From Reyranella sp. (GTDB lineage Bacteria > Pseudomonadota > Alphaproteobacteria > Reyranellales > Reyranellaceae), in assembly GCF_965228225.1 (NCBI RefSeq), contig NZ_OZ245801.1, forward strand, positions 3,957,281 through 3,989,280: a DNA stretch of 32,000 bases, given 5' to 3'. Shown here piece by piece: positions 9,583 to 16,769 of the stretch; within the stretch, counting starts at the first letter, position 1, and every line of letters begins with the position of its first letter. The position numbers were made by a program, and so were the translations under genes. The notes under the pieces are model-generated. The model worked only from the letters and a program-made list of their open reading frames with translations. It did no database searches and was not told the origin of the DNA.

Positions 9583-9668
9583 GTCATCCTGAGCGCAGCG
9601 AAGGATCTCCCGCCAGCTACGCCGTTCTTTGGTCGTTCCGTGAGGTCCTTCGCTGCGCTCAGGACGAC
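9583..9668. repeat. REP-like palindromic element (GTCATCCTGAGCGCAGCGAAGGATC family)
   Basis: A 27-nt arm GTCATCCTGAGCGCAGCGAAGGATCTC (9583-9609) pairs with GAGGTCCTTCGCTGCGCTCAGGACGAC (9642-9668). Sits between convergent ligase and Bug genes. Confidence 0.85.
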
Positions 9669-9675
9669 ACCGATC

Positions 9676-10683
9676 TCACGAATCCGCCGTGAACCCGATC
9701 TTCTTCACGATCGGACCCCAACGGTCGTAGCTCTCCTTGAGGAGCGCACCGAGTTCCTGCGGGGTCGAGGACTTCACCTCGAGGCCCATGACGGCGAGGC
9801 CGTCGATCACGTCCTTCTGCGCGAGTGCGGCGCGCAGCGCTTCGTTCGCGCGCATCACGACCGGCGCCGGCGCGCCGCCCGGGGCGAAGAAGCCGAACCA
9901 TTCGGAGAAGACCAGGTCCTTGTAGCCCTGCTCGGCGAAGGTCGGGACGTTCGGTGCAAAGCGGCTGCGGGTCGCGCCCGAGACGCCGAGGAGGCGCGCC
10001 TTGCCGGCGGCGACCTGCTGGGTGAACTCGCCGACCGGGCCGGACACGGCCTGGATCTGGCCGCCGATCATGTCCTGCACCGCGGGCTGCGTGCCGCGAT
10101 AGGCGACATGCTTCAACTCGACGCCGCCCGCCTGGCCCAGCAGCACGCCGATGAAGTGCGGCACCGAACCGGAGGCCGGCGAGCCGTAATTGGCCTTGTC
10201 GGGGTTGGCCTTGCACCAGGCCAGGAACTCCGGAATGTTCTTCACGCTCTCGGGCACGGCCGGGCCGACGCAGAAGCCGAAGTCGAAGGTGCAGGCGAGC
10301 GTTACCGGCGTCACGTCGGTGAAGGCGTCGTAGGCCAGCTTCTTGTAGATGTGCGGATAGATCATCAGCATCGAGGCCGGCGTCTGCAGGATCACGCTGC
10401 CGTCGGTCGCCGCGCCCTTCATCGACTGGATGGCGATCTGGCCGCCGGCGCCAGGCTTGTTCTCGACGATCGCCATCTTCGTGTAGGAGGTGCCCTTCAG
10501 CCCCTCGGCGACGCGGCGGCACAGCGTGTCGGACGTGCCGCCCGGCGGGAATCCGGTGACGATGCGCACGGATTCGAGCGGCGCGGTGCCCTGCGCGCCG
10601 GCGCGGCCCGCGAGTCCCAGGGTGGCGAGCACTGCAGCAGCGCCCGAAGCGCGGACGAACCCGCGGCGGTTCTGGTCGTTCAT
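9676..10683 (-). CDS. Bug family (TctC-like) tripartite tricarboxylate transporter substrate-binding protein
   Basis: Internal ATG 10683 with GGGAGGA RBS. Tat-type signal MNDQNRRGFVRASGAAAVLA. Bug hallmarks IVTGFPPGGTSD, ENKPGAGG and GSPASGSVPH. Confidence 0.9.
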   Translation of the reverse strand: MNDQNRRGFVRASGAAAVLATLGLAGRAGAQGTAPLESVRIVTGFPPGGTSDTLCRRVAEGLKGTSYTKMAIVENKPGAGGQIAIQSMKGAATDGSVILQTPASMLMIYPHIYKKLAYDAFTDVTPVTLACTFDFGFCVGPAVPESVKNIPEFLAWCKANPDKANYGSPASGSVPHFIGVLLGQAGGVELKHVAYRGTQPAVQDMIGGQIQAVSGPVGEFTQQVAAGKARLLGVSGATRSRFAPNVPTFAEQGYKDLVFSEWFGFFAPGGAPAPVVMRANEALRAALAQKDVIDGLAVMGLEVKSSTPQELGALLKESYDRWGPIVKKIGFTADS

Positions 10684-10768
10684 CTCATTCCTCCCGGTCG
10701 GTTCTTGTGGGCGGAATGTCGCTGAAACGCGACGTGCCGCCAAGCCCAACCGACGCTTTCCGGCAGCA

Positions 10769-12133
10769 CTATTTGCGAATCGCCGCGTCGAGTTCGGGCA
10801 GGGGGAAGTCCTTCCAGCCCGCGACCTCGGAAACTTCCGGGAACTCCTCGCCGAACGGCTTGGTGGCATCGATTCCCACCGAGGACGAATAGCCGCCGTC
10901 GGTATAGGGATCGAGCGGCGCGGCGGCGGTGCGGTCGACGACGAAGACATCCTGGCTCGGCTTGACGCGGAACGACTGCGCCCATTCGACCTCGGCGGCG
11001 TTGCGGATGTCGATGTCGGGATCGACGGCGATCACCCACTTGGGATGGAGGTTGCCGGCCATGGTGGCGAGGATGGCCTGCCGTGCCTCGCCCTCGTAGC
11101 GCGGCTTCATGGCGATCACGACATAGGTCTGCACGCCGCCCGAGCTGTTGATCGAAATGTCCGAGAGGGTCGGGAACTGCGCCTGGAGCTGGCGCAGGAT
11201 CGAGGTCTCGAAGGGGATCTGCTTCAGGACATGGTTCTCGGTGATCGGCTTGCCGGTCAGCAGACCCTGGAAGATCGCGTTCCTGCGATGGGTTATCGCC
11301 GTGATCCGGGCGACAGGCTTGGGCGATGCCGGCGTGTAGTAGCCGGTATATTCGCCCAGCGGGCCTTCCATCTTCTGGGTCTTCGTATCGACGACGAACT
11401 CGATCACGATCTCGGCCCAGGCCGGCACCTTCAGATCGTTGCTGACGGCTTTGACCAGTTCGACCGGCGCGCCGCGCAGGCCGCCGGCGACGAACCAGTC
11501 GTTGGTCGCGTCGCTCGACTGCACCTGGCAGGAGAACATGGTGAGCGGATCGACGCCGATGGCGACCGCGCCGTGCAGTTCCTTCCCCATCGCGACGGCA
11601 TGGGCCATGTTCTTGCCGAAGCGATGGTTCGGCGCGGAAAACACGCCCAGCTCCCTCGGCCCATGCACCTGAAATCGGTAGTTGCCGATGTCGGGAATGC
11701 CGCTCTCGGGATTCTCCGACACCACGATCCCGGCAGTGATGTAGGGGCCGCCATCCTTGGGACTGTAGATCGGCACCGGCAGCTTGGTCACGTCGATCGA
11801 ATCGCCGGTCAGCACGACTTCCTGGCAGGGCGCCGTGCCCTTGAAGTCGACGGGACCCACCGGTTCGCCGATGCCATTCAGCACCCTGTCATGGATCGTC
11901 TGCTCGGTGGCCTCGAACGCCTTCAGCGCGAGCCGGCGGTTGCCGTAGACGCCGGCCACCAGCGGGAAGTCCGTCCCCGTCTGCGTGAACAGCAGCGCCG
12001 GCCCCTGGACCGCGCTCGTCCTGGCGAGCGCCCTGGCGATGTCGTACCTGGGCGAAACGGGACGTGCGATCTCGACGAGTTCGCCCGCATTCTTCAGTTC
12101 CGTCAGGAAGGCGCGCAGATCCTGATAGGGCAT
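10769..12133 (-). CDS. UbiD family (prFMN-dependent) decarboxylase, paralogue 1 (about 454 aa)
   Basis: N-terminus YQDLRAFLTELKNAGELVEI and core motif MEGPLGEYTGYY. ATG 12133 has GAGGA 10 nt upstream. The track start 12139 is a TTG. Confidence 0.9.
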   Translation of the reverse strand: MPYQDLRAFLTELKNAGELVEIARPVSPRYDIARALARTSAVQGPALLFTQTGTDFPLVAGVYGNRRLALKAFEATEQTIHDRVLNGIGEPVGPVDFKGTAPCQEVVLTGDSIDVTKLPVPIYSPKDGGPYITAGIVVSENPESGIPDIGNYRFQVHGPRELGVFSAPNHRFGKNMAHAVAMGKELHGAVAIGVDPLTMFSCQVQSSDATNDWFVAGGLRGAPVELVKAVSNDLKVPAWAEIVIEFVVDTKTQKMEGPLGEYTGYYTPASPKPVARITAITHRRNAIFQGLLTGKPITENHVLKQIPFETSILRQLQAQFPTLSDISINSSGGVQTYVVIAMKPRYEGEARQAILATMAGNLHPKWVIAVDPDIDIRNAAEVEWAQSFRVKPSQDVFVVDRTAAAPLDPYTDGGYSSSVGIDATKPFGEEFPEVSEVAGWKDFPLPELDAAIRK

Positions 12134-12171
12134 GGTCAATCCGTCCTCGCGGTTCTCGGGTACAAAGGGTG

Positions 12172-13191
12172 ATGCGCAGACTGTTCGCCGACATCCATCG
12201 CCACGACATCGAGGCCGCCGTTCGCGTCGCGGCGGCGGTGGGCCTGCCGCTGCTGGCGCTGGACGCGATCGGTCGTCTCGATCTCGCCGTCTATGCCGCG
12301 TTCGGCGGCCTGGCGATGCTCTATGGCCATAGCGAGCCGGCGAAGAAGCGGGTCGAAAGCCAGATCGTCGCCGGCACGGGCCTGGTCGTTACCATGGCGG
12401 TCGCCATGGCCTGGTCCGCCTCGCAAGCCCCTCTCGCGGTGCTGGGCGCGCTGCTCGTCCTGACCGTGATCGCGGCCGTCACACTCGGCTCCGCGATGCG
12501 CTGGATACCGCGCGGAGAGATGTTCTTCGTGCTGGTACTGCTGATCATCGCGGCCATTCCCACGAAATGGGAAAGCCTGCCGCTCGCCCTCGCCGTCGGT
12601 GCGGGCGGCGCGGCCTTCTCGGTGCTGCTGGCGGTGATCAACGGCATCGGCGCGCTGCCCGGTGAGGAGAAACCCGAAGGATGGCGACGGCGCATCGCTT
12701 CGGGCTATGCCGACCTCGACCGCCGCCAGCATCTGGTCGTGCTGGCGGCCGCTACGCTCGGCGTGCTCGCAGCGTGGTCCCTGGCCCTGGCCCTGGCCCT
12801 GGGCATCGGCCATCCCTTCTGGGCGGCCGTCACCGTCGCCGCCCTGATGCCGGCGCTGGCCGCGAAAGAGGTCTGGCGCCGTGCCGTCCACCTGATGGTG
12901 GGCACGCTCGGAGGAGTGGCCATCGCCGCCCTGCTGTTCTCCTTCGAACCCGGCCCTCTCGCGCTGATCGCCATCATCGTGATTTGCCAGGCGGTCGCCG
13001 AAATCGCGGTCTCGCGCAACTACGGCGTCGCCCTGCTCTTCTTCTGTCCACTGGCCATCGGCATGAGCAACCTGAGCCGCGGCGCTCCCTGGCCGCCCAT
13101 CCTGGTGGACCGGGTGGCCGAGGCCGCGCTGGGCGTGGCGGTCGCCTTCCTCACGATCTTCGCAGGCCGCAGGATCCTCAAGGTGACCTGA
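12172..13191 (+). CDS. FUSC / aromatic-acid-exporter (ArAE)-like integral membrane protein
   Basis: About 340 aa and almost entirely hydrophobic helices. Contains GHPFWAAVTVAALMP, resembling the conserved FUSC motif. Start is ATG 12172 (GTG 12169 possible). The 5' extension in the track overlaps UbiD. Confidence 0.7.
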   Translation: MRRLFADIHRHDIEAAVRVAAAVGLPLLALDAIGRLDLAVYAAFGGLAMLYGHSEPAKKRVESQIVAGTGLVVTMAVAMAWSASQAPLAVLGALLVLTVIAAVTLGSAMRWIPRGEMFFVLVLLIIAAIPTKWESLPLALAVGAGGAAFSVLLAVINGIGALPGEEKPEGWRRRIASGYADLDRRQHLVVLAAATLGVLAAWSLALALALGIGHPFWAAVTVAALMPALAAKEVWRRAVHLMVGTLGGVAIAALLFSFEPGPLALIAIIVICQAVAEIAVSRNYGVALLFFCPLAIGMSNLSRGAPWPPILVDRVAEAALGVAVAFLTIFAGRRILKVT

Positions 13192-13213
13192 ACGGACGGC
13201 CGGCACGCGGCGC

Positions 13214-13591
13214 CTACTGGTCGGAGACCTGAAAGGGGATGTCACCCGCTTTGGCCTTCGTCCCCTGCACCGTGATCACCGCCCAGTGCAGCACGTAGTT
13301 GCCGGGCGGCAGGGTCGGCGCAGCGGCGAACAGCACTTCCGGGGCCGATTCCAGACGCGGGTGCAGGCGCTCGATCACCTTGTCGCCCTGCTTGATGACC
13401 AGGGTCGACTTGATGTGATCGACCGGCCGGTCGAAGCGCACGAAGAAGGCGCTGCTCTTGAGGCCGATCCGGGCATGGGCCGCCGGTGTCGACTCGAGCA
13501 CGTGGACCTCGCCCGACGGTTGCTGGGCGCGCACCGCGGAAGTCATCGCCGCCATCATCAGGACGGCGATCGCCAGGCGTCGCGTCATCAT
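13214..13591 (-). CDS. exported CopC-fold domain protein (non-canonical, predicted metal ligands missing)
   Basis: Signal MMTRRLAIAVLMMAAMTSAVRA. Aligns by eye to CopC/YobA (HVLESTPA...VRFDRPV...LPPGNYVLHWAVIT...IPFQV). Its ATG overlaps the UbiX stop (ATGA). Confidence 0.65.
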   Translation of the reverse strand: MMTRRLAIAVLMMAAMTSAVRAQQPSGEVHVLESTPAAHARIGLKSSAFFVRFDRPVDHIKSTLVIKQGDKVIERLHPRLESAPEVLFAAAPTLPPGNYVLHWAVITVQGTKAKAGDIPFQVSDQ

Positions 13592-14211
13592 TTGCCGCTC
13601 CGGCGCTTGGCGAGGGACGGCTTCTCCACGCCGGAGGGGCCGCTCCATCGCGGGAAGGTCTTGGTGTCGAGGCCGAACAGGTCGAGCACGCGCGCGACGG
13701 AATGCGTCACGATGTCGTCGACCGTCCTGGGCCGCGTGTAGAAGGCCGGCGACGGCACCGCGACGATGGCGCCCATCTCGGTGACGGCCAGCATGCTCTT
13801 GATGTGGCCGGCATGCAGCGGCGTCTCGCGGAACATCAGTACGACCCGCCGGCGCTCCTTCAGGCAGACGTCGGCGGCGCGGGAGACGAGCCCCGAGGTC
13901 ACCCCCGTCGCGATCTCGCTCAGGGTGCGCACCGAGCACGGCGCCACGATCATGCCCATCGTCTGGAACGAGCCGCTCGAGATCGACGCGGCAATATCGC
14001 CCGGCGCATAGACGTGATCGGCCAGCGCGCGCAGCTCCGAGGCCGACACATCGGTTTCGAGCGAGCGCGTCTGGTCGCCCGCCTTCGAGATCACGAGATG
14101 GCTCTCGATCTTCAGCGCCCGCAGCGCCTCGAGCACGCGGATGCCGTAGACCGTCCCCGACGCGCCGGTGATGCCGACCACCATGCGCCGAACGGGTTCG
14201 CTTGCTGCCAT
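13588..14211 (-). CDS. ubiX: UbiX family flavin prenyltransferase
   Basis: 207 aa. Has VVGITGASG, MGMIVAPCS and the LKERRRVVLMFRETPL pattern. RBS GAGGA overlaps the upstream stop. The track ORF is 5'-extended through UbiD2 in another frame. Confidence 0.92.
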   Translation of the reverse strand: MAASEPVRRMVVGITGASGTVYGIRVLEALRALKIESHLVISKAGDQTRSLETDVSASELRALADHVYAPGDIAASISSGSFQTMGMIVAPCSVRTLSEIATGVTSGLVSRAADVCLKERRRVVLMFRETPLHAGHIKSMLAVTEMGAIVAVPSPAFYTRPRTVDDIVTHSVARVLDLFGLDTKTFPRWSGPSGVEKPSLAKRRSGK

Positions 14212-14222
14212 TTTGATTGTCC

Positions 14223-15851
14223 TCAGCCGCCGGTCTTGATGTGGCGCGGGTCCGAGTGGTTCAGCGGCGCAGGCTTCGCCTCCCACGAGAACGGTGTGTC
14301 GGAGAGCGTGTAGCGGTACCACGGCGGATCGTTGCTGCGGCCGAGCCTGTGCCGCAGGTTGCCGAAGGCGCGGTAGAGCACCGGATAGGGCTGGCCGTGA
14401 TACTGCTTCAGGATGTCGTGCCAGGCGCGCGGCTCGGCGCGGATGAACGCCTCCATGTCCCCGGTCAGCTCGTCTTCCGTCATGATCTTCAGCCCGGCCG
14501 GCGGATCGCCGAGGTCGGTGACGGTGCTGCGCACGAACTCGTTGGGGTTCCACTCCGGTCCCAGCGGCACCGTGCAGTCCATGCCGATCTTGGAGGAAAT
14601 GCCGAGCGTCGTGCTCTTGGGATCGACGGTCATGGTGTTGAGCCCGTCGAGGCGCACCGTGTCCTTGTCCGGCATGTAACGGTAAGCCATGGCGGCCAGC
14701 ACGGCCTGGTCGTCCCAGATGTCGACGTCGGTGTCGAACACCATGGCGATCTTCGGAAGTCCCTGCTTGGAACAGGTCAGCATGATGCCCAGCGCCTGCT
14801 TGGAATCGCCGGCCCCCAGCGGATGGATCTTGGCGTAGGCGATGTTGGACAGGCCGCCCAGCGGACAGCGCACCTCGCGCACGTCGATGCCGCCCTGCTT
14901 CAGCCCGTTGAACAGGTCGGCCTCGATCGCCGGCAGCTGCAGCATGTTGTCGGTGTACCAGGGATGCAGCCCGCCGATCGTGCAATGCTGGAAGATGCCG
15001 CCCTTGCGGTAGGTCATCGCCTTCACCTTGAGGCGATAATTGTGCTTGATGCCGCCGCCGTACATGCCGGTGAACTCGCCGTACGGGCCCTCGTCGTAGA
15101 CCAGCCCCTCCAGCGCCATCAGCTCGCACTCGAGCACGATCTCGGCATTGGCCGGCACCATCACGTCGATGGTCTCGCACTTGATCATCTTCGCCGGCGC
15201 GCCGTAGAAGGCGCCCAGCACCTCGAAATCGTCGGTGTCGGTGGTGACGCCGACCAGCGCCGAAATCTTGTCGATGGTCGGACCGCCCAGCACGATCGCG
15301 ACCTCGAGATTCTGCCCCTTCGCCGCCGCCGCCATCGCGTGGATGCGCTGGCGGTGCGAGGTGCAGGTCATGTCGACCGACTTCTCGTTCTTCGTCCGGA
15401 ACATCGAGCGGTAGATGCCCCAGTCGTAGACGCCGGTGTCGGGATGCTTGCTGATGAAGAGATTGTCGTTGGTGTAGGCGTGGCCGTCGCGATCATGGTG
15501 CAGGAACAGCGGCAGGCGGGTCAGGTCGACATCGTCGCCCTTGAGGATCACCTCCTTGCAGGGCGCCGTCGTCACCGTCTCCCACTTCACCCGGCCCTTG
15601 GAGCGCGCCACCATCTCGAGGCCGGTCCGCGTCTTGTCGCAGCCCATGGCCCAGGCGAACATCTCCTGGTTGGAATAGGCGTTGGCCAGCACCGAGAACT
15701 CGGTGTCCTTGATCTTCTCGATCAGGACGGCCTTGGTCGGATTGGCCTCCATGAGCTTGGGAACCTGATCGACTCGCACTTCGTCGGTGATGCGCACGAG
15801 GAAGCCCGCTTTGTCCATCGCGTCGACAAAGTCGGAAAGGGACTGCTGCAT
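14223..15851 (-). CDS. UbiD family (prFMN-dependent) decarboxylase, paralogue 2, long form (542 aa)
   Basis: UbiD-like N-terminus MQQSLSDFVDAMDKAGFLVRI and core YDEGPYGEFTGMYGGG. Carries about 85 extra C-terminal residues relative to paralogue 1. ATG 15851 is preferred over 15905 because 15905 would overlap the upstream gene. Confidence 0.88.
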   Translation of the reverse strand: MQQSLSDFVDAMDKAGFLVRITDEVRVDQVPKLMEANPTKAVLIEKIKDTEFSVLANAYSNQEMFAWAMGCDKTRTGLEMVARSKGRVKWETVTTAPCKEVILKGDDVDLTRLPLFLHHDRDGHAYTNDNLFISKHPDTGVYDWGIYRSMFRTKNEKSVDMTCTSHRQRIHAMAAAAKGQNLEVAIVLGGPTIDKISALVGVTTDTDDFEVLGAFYGAPAKMIKCETIDVMVPANAEIVLECELMALEGLVYDEGPYGEFTGMYGGGIKHNYRLKVKAMTYRKGGIFQHCTIGGLHPWYTDNMLQLPAIEADLFNGLKQGGIDVREVRCPLGGLSNIAYAKIHPLGAGDSKQALGIMLTCSKQGLPKIAMVFDTDVDIWDDQAVLAAMAYRYMPDKDTVRLDGLNTMTVDPKSTTLGISSKIGMDCTVPLGPEWNPNEFVRSTVTDLGDPPAGLKIMTEDELTGDMEAFIRAEPRAWHDILKQYHGQPYPVLYRAFGNLRHRLGRSNDPPWYRYTLSDTPFSWEAKPAPLNHSDPRHIKTGG

Positions 15852-15876
15852 TGTCTGACCCGAATGAAGAGGAAAA

Positions 15877-16302
15877 TCAGGAATAGGCCGGTGCGGTCCT
15901 GCCATGCTCGGCGAAGGCCCTGAGGTGATGCAGCATCATGCCCCAGAGGGCATTGCACTTCTCGAAGTTGCCCTTCTGATGCGGCCAGCCGGAATGGGCG
16001 AAGGTGAGATGGACCCGGCCGTGCGGCGTCTGGCCGAGATGGAACGAAACGCTGGTGCCGGCCGCATCGCCTGGCCCGTCGACGCACTTCCAGACGATGG
16101 CGTCTGCTCCCTGCGACGCGACTTCCCAGACGAACTTCGGTCCGTCGGCATATTTCAGGGTCCACTGGCTCCCTACGCCCGCGCCGCCCGAGACCTCGGC
16201 CATGGTCCAGCCCTTGAGCCCCTGGAGGGTCGTGAGGGCTTCATGGACCTTGGCGGCATCCGCCTTGATGTTGACGGCGTGACGAAGAGCGTGATCGGAC
16301 AC
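15877..16302 (-). CDS. SRPBCC superfamily (AHSA1 / polyketide-cyclase-like) protein
   Basis: Pattern ...HAVNIKADAAKVHEALTT...GLKGW... is typical of AHSA1-type SRPBCC domains. GTG 16302 has GGGAGG 6 nt upstream. The track start ATG 16332 is the alternative. Confidence 0.7.
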   Translation of the reverse strand: MSDHALRHAVNIKADAAKVHEALTTLQGLKGWTMAEVSGGAGVGSQWTLKYADGPKFVWEVASQGADAIVWKCVDGPGDAAGTSVSFHLGQTPHGRVHLTFAHSGWPHQKGNFEKCNALWGMMLHHLRAFAEHGRTAPAYS

Positions 16303-16445
16303 AGTGCACCTCCCGAAAACCTTATCTGCCACGCGGGAATAGCGCGGCTAGCATGTGCGGCGGGACCTTATCAGTCAGGCTGAAGCGTTCAACTTCGAGC
16401 GTCCGGCCGAGCGAATACCGGCTTCCGAGGCCCCGAGTCCGCTCG

Positions 16446-16474
16446 TTGCGCAGCAGAGCCCCCTCCGGTATGTT
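16446..16474 (+). promoter_or_regulatory. candidate sigma70-type promoter for tRNA-Arg
   Basis: TTGCGC (16446-16451), a 17-nt spacer, then TATGTT (16469-16474), ending 10 nt before the mature tRNA 5' end. Confidence 0.35.
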
Positions 16475-16484
16475 CCGCCGCGCT

Positions 16485-16561
<77 letters not shown>

Positions 16562-16769
16562 TTTTACCCTTTGGAATCAATCTAATGCCCTCGGTGCTTT
16601 TGCACGGATCGGGCAGAGCGGCGCCACAAGAACCCTCGCGCGCTGGGGTACATCGCCGAGACGCGCGTTGTGACTCTGTTCCTTGCAACGAACCCCGTTC
16701 ACCTCTTATTGGCAGGTGATGTCTTCACCCTCTCCTCCTTTTGGATCGGCGGTTCACGCCGTTCCATGA

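Noticed and set aside
7173-9692. Very long ORFs 7173..9692 (+, 839 aa) and 7276..9309 (-, 677 aa)
   Set aside because: Their translations are Arg/Ala/Gly/Pro-rich low-complexity strings with no motifs. They lie in alternative frames or antisense to the well-supported SDR and acyl-CoA ligase genes. These are typical high-GC shadow ORFs.
13214-13591. Calling the CopC-like gene a copper-resistance determinant
   Set aside because: The predicted Cu-ligand positions are not conserved, and no copA/copB/copD or other copper-homeostasis genes are nearby.
10490-15923. ORFs 10490..12172 (+), 13486..14313 (+), 14217..15923 (+) and 12136..13245 (-)
   Set aside because: They are antisense shadows of UbiD1, UbiX, UbiD2 and the FUSC gene. 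Composition is dominated by R/G/A/D/H, whereas the opposite-strand frames carry clear family motifs.
16319-16372. Direct repeat ACCTTATC (16319-16326 and 16365-16372) upstream of the SRPBCC-UbiD2 operon as a possible regulator site
   Set aside because: Two copies of an 8-mer in a roughly 150-bp region could occur by chance. There is no palindromic structure and no adjacent regulator gene, so the support is insufficient.
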